DNA of 64,000 bases from Rubripirellula sp. (lineage in GTDB: Bacteria; Planctomycetota; Planctomycetia; Pirellulales; Pirellulaceae). Location of the stretch: assembly GCA_965216875.1 (NCBI GenBank), contig OZ244207.1, positions 5,760,001 to 5,824,000 of the forward strand, written 5' to 3'. Positions 9,329 to 19,759 of this stretch are shown piece by piece (positions within the stretch are counted from its first letter, which is position 1; every line of letters begins with the position of its first letter). The notes below the pieces were generated by a model. The model was not told where the DNA came from. It ran no database searches and saw nothing but the letters and a program-made list of their open reading frames with translations. Made by a program: the position numbers and the translations under genes.

Positions 9329-10855
9329 ATGTCTGTTCGACTCTTTTTGCTTGCCGTCGCCGCACTTGTCAGTTTCAACGTCACCACGGCAGATGATCGC
9401 CCCAACATCATCGTGATCATGGCCGACGACTTGGGCTACGGTGATCTGTCGTGCTATGGCGCTGACACCTTTGAAACTCCGAACATCGACCGTCTTGCGA
9501 AAGAGGGCCAGCGATTCACGAGCGGTTATTGCTCGGCATCGACCTGCACACCGACGCGTTACTCCTTTCTGACGGGCACGTATGCGTTTCGCACGCCAGG
9601 CACCGGCATTGCACCGCCAAACAGCCCTGCATTGATCAAGCCTGGAACCGAAACACTTCCCTCGCTGCTTCAACGTGGCGGCTATGCGACAGCTGTGATC
9701 GGCAAATGGCACTTAGGTCTCGGTGGCGAAGGTGGCCCCGATTGGAACGGCGACCTCAAACCCGGGCCAATGGACATCGGCTTCGACTACAACTTCTTAC
9801 TTCCCACGACCAACGACCGCGTTCCACAGGTTTACGTTGAAGGCCACCGCGTCTTGAACCTTGATCCCAAAGACCCGCTTTGGGTCGGCATGAAAAAACC
9901 AAGCGAAGATCACCCAACGGGGATCACGCATCGACACACGCTCAAGATGGATTGGTCGCACGGTCACAACTCGACGATTCACAATGGCATCAGCCGGATT
10001 GGTTTTTACACCGGCGGCCACGCGGCTCGTTTTCGCGACGAAGACTTGGCCGATAAGTGGGTCGAAAAATCGGTCGAGTGGATCGAAGGACATCAAGACA
10101 AACCTTTCTTTCTGTTTTTCGCGTCGCACGACTTGCACGTCCCACGAATCGTTCACGAGCGATTCCAAGGCGCCACCAAACTTGGACCGCGGGCCGATGC
10201 GATCGTTCAACTCGACTGGTGTGTTGGCGAATTGCTCAAGACACTCGACCGACTGAAAATGAACGAAAAGACGCTCGTTGTTTTTTGCAGCGACAACGGC
10301 CCCGTGCTGGATGACGGATACAAAGACGATGCCATCGAAAAGATCGGCACTCACAAGCCCGCCGGCCCTTACCGTGGCGGCAAATACAACGTGATGGAAG
10401 GCGGCACGCGCACACCCTTCATCACTCGCTGGACCGGCCAGATTCCTGCTGGCGAATCGGACGAAGTCGTCTGCACGATCGACATGGCAGCAAGCTTTGC
10501 AGCCATGGCCGGTGTCGACCTTCCCGAAGACGCTTGCCTCGATAGCTTCAACGTCCTCGGTGCCATGCTCGGCGAAAAAGGAGCCAAGGGTCGCGACCAC
10601 TTGGTCCAACAAGACAACGGCAAAGGCGGCAACTATGGCCTGCGCGTTGGCGATTGGAAGCTGCAGCGACACGATTCAAAGAAGACGCACAACACCGAAC
10701 TGCGTTTGACCCGTCGTAACATCGAGACCTACTCGCTGTACAACCTGCAATCGGATCCCGGCGAACGCAAAAACGTGATCGCCGATCATCCCGAGGTCGC
10801 CGATCGGTTGAAAAAGCAACTCGACGATTTGATCGAAGCAGGTCGCAGCCGCTAA
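9329..10855 (+). CDS. Arylsulfatase-family sulfatase
   Basis: Signal peptide; PNIIVIMADDLGYGD; CTPTRYSFLTG; GKWHLG; SDNG. Confidence 0.93.
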   Translation: MSVRLFLLAVAALVSFNVTTADDRPNIIVIMADDLGYGDLSCYGADTFETPNIDRLAKEGQRFTSGYCSASTCTPTRYSFLTGTYAFRTPGTGIAPPNSPALIKPGTETLPSLLQRGGYATAVIGKWHLGLGGEGGPDWNGDLKPGPMDIGFDYNFLLPTTNDRVPQVYVEGHRVLNLDPKDPLWVGMKKPSEDHPTGITHRHTLKMDWSHGHNSTIHNGISRIGFYTGGHAARFRDEDLADKWVEKSVEWIEGHQDKPFFLFFASHDLHVPRIVHERFQGATKLGPRADAIVQLDWCVGELLKTLDRLKMNEKTLVVFCSDNGPVLDDGYKDDAIEKIGTHKPAGPYRGGKYNVMEGGTRTPFITRWTGQIPAGESDEVVCTIDMAASFAAMAGVDLPEDACLDSFNVLGAMLGEKGAKGRDHLVQQDNGKGGNYGLRVGDWKLQRHDSKKTHNTELRLTRRNIETYSLYNLQSDPGERKNVIADHPEVADRLKKQLDDLIEAGRSR

Positions 10856-10910
10856 CGGCCCGTGAGCTATTGAGCCGCAAACGCTAGGGCCGGGCCCTCC
10901 AAACGGCCGA

Positions 10911-10950
10911 TGCCGGATCTGCGTCGCTGTCGCTCCTTGATCCGGCCTAC
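10911..10950 (-). repeat. GTAG-REP family B (enterobacterial REP-like)
   Basis: Reverse strand reads GTAGGCCGGATCAAGGAGCGACAGCGACGCAGATCCGGCA; second copy at 17082-17119. Confidence 0.8.
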
Positions 10951-10952
10951 GT

Positions 10953-12545
10953 CTACGCTTCGCTTTCGGCCAACACGCGTTTGGGGATACTGACGCGTTG
11001 GTAGGTGAACTCTCGGAACAGCAGACCGAGGTTGATCAACGTGACCGCGACCCCGAAGACGAAGATGACCAACGCCAACACGGGGTCATACTGATTCTCG
11101 AAACACTCGACCATCGTCCACGCCCAATCGATCGCCTCGAGCGAGGTGTAGTTGTTCGGCGCATTTCCCGTGAAGATGACGGTCAAAATCAATGGCGAAA
11201 ATGCTGCCAACCCCATCACCGCTGCAAGCGTCGATAGCGGGATGATCAAATTGGGTCCAAAGCGTCGATTGATCAGCAACACGATCAAACGCACCACGCC
11301 CAAATAGCCAAGCAGATACCCCATGATGACAACCGAAAACGTCATCGTGTCAGTGCGTGGGTCATCGAGTTTGTTCAAGATCCCGAACGCCCCCATTACC
11401 ATCGCCGCGACGCAACCCGTACTGATCGCAAAAACGTAGCCTGTTCCCGGGCCGGGATTGAACCAGGTCAACACCGAACGGCCAGCCAATGTGCTGGGCA
11501 ACGTACGCTGAACACGGGGACTCAATTCAGGAGATTCACTGAGCATCAGCGTGCCCATCACCAACCAGTAACCGCCCAGAATCATCGTTCCAAAATTGAG
11601 CACTTCGCCCTCTTCGTACCAAAGCACGAGGAACGTGATCGAGCCGATCCACAACAGTTGCTGCAGGAACATCGTCCATCGCAATCCGGTCGATCGATTC
11701 TCGGTGACCGGCGCAATCCGGGCCGCCGCAGCGCGAATGAACATCGCCATGCACGAACCACCAATGACCAAAAAGACGATCGAAAAGATCACGGCGTCGA
11801 TCTGATCACCCATTCGATCCATCAAAACGACATCCAAACAAAATGCCGCGCACATGAATTCGCCAAACAGCAACACGCCGATCACCACGATCAATGCGAG
11901 CGTTTGCCCGGCTCGGTTGGGCGCGAGCGTCGCCAACATCAGCGAAAACGTGGTCAGCAGCGTCGCGGTAAAAAAGACGGTCCCAATCAGCATGGCGATC
12001 GTTTGCAGCGTGACCCCACGAAGCAAATACGAAAACGCCAAGCAAGGCACGATCGCGGCAAAATAGACCATCATCTGCAGCATCGCGCTGTTCAACTTGC
12101 CCATCACGATTCGCATTGCCGAAAGCTTGGTGATCACCAACATTTCGAACGTGTCGTCATCGATTTCTGCGGCCAAGGAACGATGAGCCGCAAGAGGCAC
12201 CATGAACATCAGCGGAATCGCCAACACAAAGTAATAGCCTCCAAGCAACGTATCACCTGATGGCACGTAATAGACATCAGGTGCATTCGACACGATTCCC
12301 AGGACTGTCCAGATGCACGAAGCAACCAACAGTAGAAAAAAGGTCGTGATGAACTGGCGACTCTTCAGTGATTGACGAGCTTCTTTGATCAGGATCGGAT
12401 TCAACCAACCCGCGACGCGATCACCAATTCGGTCGATGGCGCCCCAGACACCGGACGCCTGGGAATCAAGCGCAAGCGGGTGGTAGTCGATCGATTGATC
12501 GTCACCGCCAAGTGATTCCGAGTCCTGGACCTCAAGCTGGCTCAT
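10953..12545 (-). CDS. ABC-2-type transporter permease-like multi-TM protein
   Basis: NPILIKEARQSL and SLAAEIDDDTFEMLVIT.LS...IVMGKL motifs; many TM helices; ATGA overlap with the ATPase gene. Confidence 0.85.
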   Translation of the reverse strand: MSQLEVQDSESLGGDDQSIDYHPLALDSQASGVWGAIDRIGDRVAGWLNPILIKEARQSLKSRQFITTFFLLLVASCIWTVLGIVSNAPDVYYVPSGDTLLGGYYFVLAIPLMFMVPLAAHRSLAAEIDDDTFEMLVITKLSAMRIVMGKLNSAMLQMMVYFAAIVPCLAFSYLLRGVTLQTIAMLIGTVFFTATLLTTFSLMLATLAPNRAGQTLALIVVIGVLLFGEFMCAAFCLDVVLMDRMGDQIDAVIFSIVFLVIGGSCMAMFIRAAAARIAPVTENRSTGLRWTMFLQQLLWIGSITFLVLWYEEGEVLNFGTMILGGYWLVMGTLMLSESPELSPRVQRTLPSTLAGRSVLTWFNPGPGTGYVFAISTGCVAAMVMGAFGILNKLDDPRTDTMTFSVVIMGYLLGYLGVVRLIVLLINRRFGPNLIIPLSTLAAVMGLAAFSPLILTVIFTGNAPNNYTSLEAIDWAWTMVECFENQYDPVLALVIFVFGVAVTLINLGLLFREFTYQRVSIPKRVLAESEA

Positions 12546-13495
12546 TGGACACGTCCTTTCGTGATTTGCAAAAAGACGTCTTCCAGCGAATCATCGCGTG
12601 GCACGTATTCGAGCAGTTCAATCTCCGCTTCGACCAACATGCGAAGCACATCAATCTGATGCTGCTCGCCGCCGTCAATCGTGAACTTGATCTTATCGTC
12701 GCTCTGCGACACATCGTGGACATACTCGATTTCGGCCAAACGATTGATTGCCGGCCCGCAGTCGCCGGCCACACGGATCACGATGTCACGAGTCTGTTTT
12801 AACGTCGCGCGAATCTCATCAACGGTCCCGGTCGCAAGCAGCTTCCCCTGTTCGATGATGCCGACACGGTCACACATCTCGGCAAGTTCGGTCAGGATGT
12901 GACTGCTTACCAAAATCGTTTTGTTGTCGGCCGCAAGCGAGCGAATGATCTTGCGAAGTTCGATGCGTGCTCGGGGATCAAGGCCAGCAGCTGGTTCATC
13001 GAGGATCAGAACGGCTGGGTCATGGATCAAAGCACGACCGAGGCATAGGCGTTGTCGCATGCCCTTGCTGAGCCCACGAATCGGTTTGTGCGCCAAGGCG
13101 CGCAAGCCCGTAAAGTCCATCACCCAGCGCAGTCGGCGGGTGCGTTGGCGTCCGACGAGACCGTGCGATCTCGCAAAAAAATCAAGGTATTCGGCACAAT
13201 TCGTATCGGAATACGTGCCGTAGCTGTCTGGCATAAAACCCAATCGACCGCGAACGCGATCCGGGTCGTTGACCGATGAGAGACCTTCCACAAACGCTTC
13301 GCCCGAAGAAGGTAACTCAAGCGTTGCGAGGATTCGCATGCTCGTCGTTTTGCCTGCACCATTGGGACCGATGTATCCAAACACGCTACCACGAGGCACT
13401 TCAAAGGAAACGTGATCGACGGCGCGTGTCGAACCAAACGTTCGGCACAAACCACGCAGCTCGATCATGGGCCCTGACCAAGTCGATCCGATCAC
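12542..13495 (-). CDS. ABC transporter ATP-binding protein
   Basis: Walker A GPNGAGKT, signature LSKGMRQR, Walker B ILDEP, H-loop SSH. Confidence 0.95.
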   Translation of the reverse strand: MIGSTWSGPMIELRGLCRTFGSTRAVDHVSFEVPRGSVFGYIGPNGAGKTTSMRILATLELPSSGEAFVEGLSSVNDPDRVRGRLGFMPDSYGTYSDTNCAEYLDFFARSHGLVGRQRTRRLRWVMDFTGLRALAHKPIRGLSKGMRQRLCLGRALIHDPAVLILDEPAAGLDPRARIELRKIIRSLAADNKTILVSSHILTELAEMCDRVGIIEQGKLLATGTVDEIRATLKQTRDIVIRVAGDCGPAINRLAEIEYVHDVSQSDDKIKFTIDGGEQHQIDVLRMLVEAEIELLEYVPRDDSLEDVFLQITKGRVQ

Positions 13496-15681
13496 GGCAG
13501 CTCTCCCATGATGATGTGGACGCTACCATCATGCTCGGCATCGACGGCGCCAACGCTTGCCGTCACCTCGGCTGAGCCAACAAAACGCTTCGGTGGAATC
13601 GCTCCTTTCCATTGTTCCATCCGTTGTTCGAGTCGACTGACGTGCATTCCAGGGGACAGACCGCCCCATCCATAACCACCTTGCAATTTCGGCACGGTCC
13701 CAAGCGGCGGCAAAACATCATCGTTCAACAAGAGCGGCACATCGGTAAAGCTGGTCGATGTCATCTCGACTTGATCACCCGGTTCGACACGGCCGCATTT
13801 CCAATAACCTTTGCCATCGTGCACGATCATCTCATTCAGCGCGTACGGCAAGTGATTGGTCAACGTTGCTGATTCGGTTCCGATGTCGAAGGATATCGTC
13901 TTTTCGTACGACTTCGGTTCGTTGACCAGATATTGAACTTGGTTGCGCGGCGGCAAAAAGCAGCCGGTATGCGATCGATACTCAGCACCGTCGGCGATAG
14001 CGCCCGAACGGGTGCCGCTTGACCGACGACGGTAATATCGATCATTCACCGGAAGATTTCGGACCGGGTACACCGCTACCTCGGGATCAAACCGCAAGCC
14101 GTCACTGCCGCCAAAAACGGCATAGTACGTTTGCCGCGATTGTTCGAGAGCGCGTCCGTTTTCGGTATCAAGCCAGGTGACCTGACGAACCTTTACTCGT
14201 GTCTTGGTCCCATCGGAAGCGAGCGCGTATGCGAACAAACTGATCGTGACCACTCCAGCAAGAGCAGGTGCGAAGAAGTAGAGCAGGTAGAGTCGACCGC
14301 GACGCCGGAAAAGGAAGTAACAAAGTGGCCCGACGATAATCACGAACAATGTGTTCAGCAGTACGAAGGACTTGACGGGCGGTTGTCCAACCGAACCGAT
14401 CAGCCACATCCAGTAGTTGTCATTTCCCGATTGGATGTCGACCCCATTTCGCATCGACCATTGGAGCCGATCGTCTGTCGCCCGCCATGAAATCGACTTC
14501 CAAAGTTGATAAGACCCAGGGAAGGGATCTTGAGAATCGATGACGACGATCTGCCCAGCGCCGTAGGCGCCCATCTGGAACGAACTGGCAAGTTCATCGC
14601 GATTGACGATTCTCGCGAACGGATGCTTGGCATTGACGAGTCTCGTATGCACCTTGGACCGCATCTGCATGCCATTGCCTGACCCCGAAAACGAATAGTG
14701 TTGCGACCGCTTGTAGATGCCGCTGTACGATTCGTGGTAAAGCTCGGAGGTATCGTTGAGCGAGCCCAGGTCCAACATTTGATTGATGTTCTTGGCCGTC
14801 GGTAACGTTCGCACACCCGGGTTTGCGAATTCAATCCCTTCAAACACAGTCGCTTCGGGTTGCGGTGCGTACACCCAAAGATTGCCTCCCACGGCGACCC
14901 ATTCCATCAACGCTTCAAACTGTTCCGGCTCCGACTGCTTCAATCGAGTGAGGATCGGTTCCGCGGCTAGGATCACATCCAATTGTGAGTAGGCGATCCA
15001 TGTTGGATGAAGCGCCCGCTCATTGAGCAAACGAAACTGAACCCATGCGGGTTGAACGCGCTGGGCGACAGCGACCGATTTGGCATGGGGCAGGCGGGGA
15101 ACTTTCTGGTCTTGTGGTATCGGGCCCTGACCCAAAACCGTTACCAGAGTTCGCACATCCGGAAACGTCTTCCAGGGTTCATCTTGCGTGGCAACGTCGT
15201 GCGGCACCAAAATGCCGACCGATGAACGTTGCTTTGCGTAGCGGGCGCGGAGCCCATTGAGGTGGTAACTCAGCCCCCACGACGTATCGACAGGCCGACC
15301 GTCTTCAAACAACTTGACCTGAACGCGTTCCCACGAAAAGTAGTGGGGAATGTAGAGGACTTCGTCTATCTTTTTCACGCCCTCGGGCAACTTCACCCGG
15401 GTCTTGTAACTGAAGTCCAGCGCGGTGTCATACTCATTGCGCGGCGAAATCTCGACGTCGATGTATCGGTCACGGGGAAACTGCTTACCGAGTGCCGAAA
15501 AACCGAGATAGACCGGGTGATAGCCGTTTCCGCCTACCGCCTCGATGTCAACGGTCAACACGAAGCCTGCCTTTGCTGGCCGGTTGGGACCGCTACCGAT
15601 GCGAATCTTGTCGGCCCGGCAAATGGGCATCGCGCAAACGATTACCGCCAGGCACGCCATCCAAAAGCGAATACCGCTCAC
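13492..15681 (-). CDS. Large membrane-anchored hypothetical protein, ABC-exporter accessory
   Basis: Signal peptide, a GATase-like segment (LDVILAA...ALMEWVAVGGNLWV), two internal TM helices and a C-terminal domain; GTGA overlaps at both ends. Confidence 0.7.
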   Translation of the reverse strand: MSGIRFWMACLAVIVCAMPICRADKIRIGSGPNRPAKAGFVLTVDIEAVGGNGYHPVYLGFSALGKQFPRDRYIDVEISPRNEYDTALDFSYKTRVKLPEGVKKIDEVLYIPHYFSWERVQVKLFEDGRPVDTSWGLSYHLNGLRARYAKQRSSVGILVPHDVATQDEPWKTFPDVRTLVTVLGQGPIPQDQKVPRLPHAKSVAVAQRVQPAWVQFRLLNERALHPTWIAYSQLDVILAAEPILTRLKQSEPEQFEALMEWVAVGGNLWVYAPQPEATVFEGIEFANPGVRTLPTAKNINQMLDLGSLNDTSELYHESYSGIYKRSQHYSFSGSGNGMQMRSKVHTRLVNAKHPFARIVNRDELASSFQMGAYGAGQIVVIDSQDPFPGSYQLWKSISWRATDDRLQWSMRNGVDIQSGNDNYWMWLIGSVGQPPVKSFVLLNTLFVIIVGPLCYFLFRRRGRLYLLYFFAPALAGVVTISLFAYALASDGTKTRVKVRQVTWLDTENGRALEQSRQTYYAVFGGSDGLRFDPEVAVYPVRNLPVNDRYYRRRSSGTRSGAIADGAEYRSHTGCFLPPRNQVQYLVNEPKSYEKTISFDIGTESATLTNHLPYALNEMIVHDGKGYWKCGRVEPGDQVEMTSTSFTDVPLLLNDDVLPPLGTVPKLQGGYGWGGLSPGMHVSRLEQRMEQWKGAIPPKRFVGSAEVTASVGAVDAEHDGSVHIIMGELP

Positions 15682-16091
15682 GAGTTCACCTCGCCACTGT
15701 GACCGGTATCGGTTTCGATTTCGTCCGGAGCCGCCAACGCGCTATCGAGCAACGACCCCGATGCAGCGTTGCCAGTCGTTGCAACGCCCGCCCCCGCACT
15801 CGCGGGATTGCTGACCGTCTCACGTCGACGGAAAGGTCTTACGATCGTTTCGACCAACCACGACGAGCAAAGCGCGACGACGAACAACATGAAGTAGGCA
15901 AAGAAACAGCCGATCACGGTGGCGAGAAGAGCCGAGACGCACTTTGCCCAAAATTGGTCATCCACTGCGGCCGCACGGAAGGCAACCATTGCCAATGCAC
16001 AGATCACGACGAGGATTGCGATGAACATCAATGAGGTCTGCGGCGCCAACCGCTGCCTCAAAGGTTTCGATTCGGTTTCCTCGTACGTCAT
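15678..16091 (-). CDS. Small membrane protein
   Basis: Two TM helices after PQTSLMFIAILV; 4-nt overlap with the next gene. Confidence 0.65.
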   Translation of the reverse strand: MTYEETESKPLRQRLAPQTSLMFIAILVVICALAMVAFRAAAVDDQFWAKCVSALLATVIGCFFAYFMLFVVALCSSWLVETIVRPFRRRETVSNPASAGAGVATTGNAASGSLLDSALAAPDEIETDTGHSGEVNS

Positions 16092-16154
16092 GAATGATAT
16101 GCAGGACCTTGTTTTGAAGGCCCTTCCCCGTGGTTACCCCAACAAGTAACAAGC

Positions 16155-16886
16155 TTAGTCGATGTGGGCGATGCGGATGTCTTTGAACTCGACCCACATT
16201 GGCTTGCCAGCGTGCAGCTGCAACGCGAGCACACCTTCGCTAAGAGCCAATTCGGGATGCTTGTCTTTAAAATCCAAGATCTTGCGTCCATTCAAGAAAT
16301 GCTGGATGTGATTGCCTTTCGCAATGATCACGACGTCGTTCCAGTCATCGACTTTCATCAGTGACTTGAACTCGTCGGCGGTGATCAGCTTTTCTTCGTC
16401 AGCGACTTTGCCGTCAGCGTTCCAAACGGCCGTTTCACCCGCCAAACAAATGCGTCCGCGTTTTCCACCTTCGTCATAGATGAATCCCGAAACATTGGGC
16501 ATGCCATCTTCGTTGCGGATTTCGTGTTGGTACCCGCGAACAACCCAATCGTTGCGAACACGTCCTTCGGTGATGTGCCTGGACCGATACTGAATCCCCG
16601 AGTTGTTGGTGACGGCTGCTCGGAATGACAGACGCAATTCAAAATCTTTGACTTTCGCATCTTGCCAAATCAGGAACGTGTTCCCGTTGGCAACCTTTTC
16701 CGGAGTCGTTTCACCATGGATCACTCCGTCCTTGACGCTCCACAGACGTGGGTCGCCGTCCCATCCGGTCAGGTCCTTGCCGTTGAAAATTGGCTTCAAA
16801 TCAGCCGACTCAGGTGGCGCGGATTCCTCGGCAAAGGCAGGAACCAAAAGGGCGGAAAGTAGGACAACACTCAGGCAGCGGATCAT
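16155..16886 (-). CDS. DUF1080 (3-keto-disaccharide hydrolase family) protein
   Basis: IFNGKDLTGW, DFELRLSF, NSGIQYR, GYQHEI, WN, GVLALQLH and VEFKDIRI; signal peptide. Confidence 0.9.
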   Translation of the reverse strand: MIRCLSVVLLSALLVPAFAEESAPPESADLKPIFNGKDLTGWDGDPRLWSVKDGVIHGETTPEKVANGNTFLIWQDAKVKDFELRLSFRAAVTNNSGIQYRSRHITEGRVRNDWVVRGYQHEIRNEDGMPNVSGFIYDEGGKRGRICLAGETAVWNADGKVADEEKLITADEFKSLMKVDDWNDVVIIAKGNHIQHFLNGRKILDFKDKHPELALSEGVLALQLHAGKPMWVEFKDIRIAHID

Positions 16887-17081
16887 GTGCGTAAAGCTCT
16901 TCTAAGGAGATTCATTGAAACTTGAGCCCGAATTATGACTGACGACCCGCGGTCCCTCAAACCACCAAGGCCAAAATCAACCAAATCGTTGGCGCACACC
17001 ACAGTGAACGTTTCGACAATGAGGGCAAATTCTTGGCGAAGAAAAGGGGATTTCCCGATTCCAGTGGTTTCCCGTGATCAT

Positions 17082-17156
17082 GTAGGCCGGATTAAGCAGC
17101 GACAGCGACGCCAATCCGGAATGATCACTCGGGCCACGAGTTAGCGCGTTGAGCCA
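17082..17156 (+). repeat. GTAG-REP family B copy plus adjacent family E-like palindrome
   Basis: GTAGGCCGGATTAAGCAGCGACAGCGACGCCAATCCGG, then GGGCCACGAGTTAGCGCGTTGAGCCA. Confidence 0.7.
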
Positions 17157-17159
17157 GAT

Positions 17160-18818
17160 CTAGAGCCCAAGCACCTCGGTGCCTTGCCGAAAGACGACAT
17201 CGACGGGAATTCCCTTCTCGTTCAGCCGGTCGAGTTCGCCTTGTAGCTGTGGTCCGATCACACCCTTTTCAGCAACCAGTTTCGACGCACCTTCGTAGTC
17301 TCCGTCGCCTTGCAGCGTCAGCAACACCGAAGACAAGTCTTCGGTCGCTTTGCGAAATTTGTCGATGTTCACCCGATACTTTCCATCGGCTTGACGCTCA
17401 AACGCACCCGCATCCCGAAAAAAGTTGAAACGAATCATGTTTGCTTTGCCGTGCGCACTCGATGCTCCAAAGCGAACACTTCGAAAGATGCCGGCCATGA
17501 AGGTGACGTAAAAATCGTCCAGGTCGGCCTCGACTTCGCCGCGTTGGTGAAGCTGGTTGATCATGTGCAGGCCAAGAATATCCGCCTTGCCCTCTTCGAT
17601 CGCACCAGCATGCTCCTTCAGTGCAGTGCGAACCGTTCCGTTGCCGTTGATCGTGTTCTTGATTCCTAGACCATGAGCCACTTCATGGAACATCGTGTTG
17701 CTAAAAAAAGCGTCAAATGTGATGTGATCACGTTGATCATCCGCAATCAACTGGTCAGCGATCGGCAGCAAGATTTTGTCGAATTTGGCGCGCATCGCAT
17801 TCTTGAGTTGTAATCGCCGCGTTCCTTTTTGGAGTTGAACTTGCTCGTCATTTGGCAAATTGATCGCGATCGTTTTGGAACCTGCGTTGCAGTCACCGGC
17901 GTAGTAGATGACGTCGTAAGCGTTCAGCTCGGTGTCGGTCCCGGGCTTTTCCCGACGATACTTTTCCGGAACGGGCAACGTGGCTTGCAGAGCGGGCAAG
18001 AACTGTGAGTACTTGGCTAGCCGGCCACTCCACTGCTTGTCCTTGACCAACACGAAGCACTCGTGACAGGTTTTGTACCCGTACAACTTGTCTTCATAGT
18101 TTTCGATCGGACCGATCACCACATCGATGGTGTTGTCGTGCATGTCCAACCAAGCAAGGTCGCTCGGTTGGTAATCGTCAGTCAACAGAGCTTGAGCGCG
18201 CAACATCAAGTAGCGTCGCAATCCTTGATCTTCGGCCAAATTCGCAGCTTGTCGCAGCAACTTCGATGCAGCGTCCATTTCCGTTGCAAACTGCGTTCGA
18301 TAAGGAACGACCTTGAGCTTTCCGTTGTCGTCACGTCGCACGAAGGTGTAGAGTCCGTCCTTGCCCGTTAGATCGGCGGACTCAAACTCCTCCTTGGTCA
18401 TATCGTGCGGGTAAAAGTTTGCCCCAGCCGGCTTTTGGGCAATGCCATCGACAAAAGAAGCGTTGTTATTGAGTCGGTCCCATGGCCCGTAGTTGATCTT
18501 GATAAAACGTCGAAGCGATCGATCCGCCGGCGAACCGCCTTGAATCGAAGCCAACAACTTCGTCTTGTCACCATACGCTTCGTACCAAAAACAGTCGTCC
18601 ATGATTTTCCCGGCCCGAATTAGGATCGGAATCATCTTCTTCTGCTTTTCGGTCAACACACTCAAGTCGGTTGTCAGCTCAACAACCGCGTACTGACCAA
18701 TCTTTTTGTCAATGGGCGATTGCCCATGTGCCGACGCACCCCATACCGCTGAAAACGACAGGACAAAAAGAAGGCGGGCGACAGACCACTTAACGAGGCG
18801 ATGAGTGTGCGAAGACAT
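17160..18818 (-). CDS. Peptidase M49 (dipeptidyl-peptidase III-like) Zn hydrolase
   Basis: HEVAHGLG Zn motif, EEGKAD, AINLPND, GANFYP.DMTKEEF; signal peptide. Start set at ATG 18818 (track 18887). Confidence 0.85.
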   Translation of the reverse strand: MSSHTHRLVKWSVARLLFVLSFSAVWGASAHGQSPIDKKIGQYAVVELTTDLSVLTEKQKKMIPILIRAGKIMDDCFWYEAYGDKTKLLASIQGGSPADRSLRRFIKINYGPWDRLNNNASFVDGIAQKPAGANFYPHDMTKEEFESADLTGKDGLYTFVRRDDNGKLKVVPYRTQFATEMDAASKLLRQAANLAEDQGLRRYLMLRAQALLTDDYQPSDLAWLDMHDNTIDVVIGPIENYEDKLYGYKTCHECFVLVKDKQWSGRLAKYSQFLPALQATLPVPEKYRREKPGTDTELNAYDVIYYAGDCNAGSKTIAINLPNDEQVQLQKGTRRLQLKNAMRAKFDKILLPIADQLIADDQRDHITFDAFFSNTMFHEVAHGLGIKNTINGNGTVRTALKEHAGAIEEGKADILGLHMINQLHQRGEVEADLDDFYVTFMAGIFRSVRFGASSAHGKANMIRFNFFRDAGAFERQADGKYRVNIDKFRKATEDLSSVLLTLQGDGDYEGASKLVAEKGVIGPQLQGELDRLNEKGIPVDVVFRQGTEVLGL

Positions 18819-18943
18819 GTTGCTTGGTGGGCTTGGCGAAACCGAAGGTGACAGATCGTTGCTGAAAAGAATAACCGATCGAGTCACCTCAGCGACACAA
18901 GCACTCTTGCCTCAAGTGAGCAAGCATGTCGTCAGACGACGCC

Positions 18944-19516
18944 CTAAGCGGTTAGCTTCGCGGTCACTTCAGCAACGCTAGCGCCGATGCCGAGAACCGT
19001 TTCTTGCTGCCTTTGGTCGACCAACTGACCAGCATCGTCAAAAGCGTTGAATGCTTGGCCGATCGCGATTTGCTTTGGCAAGACGGTCACACCGATATTG
19101 CTGAGGATCGCGCGAAGATGCACCAACCCACGAAGGCCGCCCAAACCTCCCGGCGAGGCGGCTGCGATCCCAGCGACCTTGCTTTGGTAAGCAGCCAGAA
19201 TCGGCTCGCCCTCGTCGGGACGCGAAACCCAGTCGATCGTATTCTTCAGCAACGGCGAAAGGCTGCTGTTGTATTCGGGAGACGCAATCAGCAGCCCATC
19301 GTGATCCAGAAAAAGCTGCTTGAGTTTGCCGACATTCTCGGGACGGCCAGCCGATTCCAAATCTTCGTTGAAGATCGGCAGTGGGTAGTGCTTCAAATCG
19401 AGCACCGTCACCTCTGCTCCTGCGGCCCGTGCCCCCTCAGCCATCAACTTGACCAAACGAACGTTGAAGGAATCCGCACGTGAACTGCCTGCGAAAGCGA
19501 GAATCTTTGCCGCCAT
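18944..19516 (-). CDS. NAD(P)H-dependent FMN reductase (flavodoxin-like)
   Basis: AGSSRADSFN, ASPEYNSS, LKNTIDWVSR, SPGGLGGLRG. Confidence 0.93.
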   Translation of the reverse strand: MAAKILAFAGSSRADSFNVRLVKLMAEGARAAGAEVTVLDLKHYPLPIFNEDLESAGRPENVGKLKQLFLDHDGLLIASPEYNSSLSPLLKNTIDWVSRPDEGEPILAAYQSKVAGIAAASPGGLGGLRGLVHLRAILSNIGVTVLPKQIAIGQAFNAFDDAGQLVDQRQQETVLGIGASVAEVTAKLTA

Positions 19517-19759
19517 CGTTTTTTATCCTTTGATGGAGTTTTGTATCAATCCGAATCGCGACCGCCTGGGGACGGAATTGTAGCGGCGCTGCAACGGCCC
19601 GGACTGAGAACGGGACCAGGTCATTGGAACTGGGCCTTTCGGTCGGGACCTATCCAAACGTCGCGGTTGTTTACGTGCGGCGGCTGAAGGATACTTGTTC
19701 GACTGAACTAACCTTCTACTCTCCCACCACGCCACCTCGCAAGAACCTATCAAACTCCG

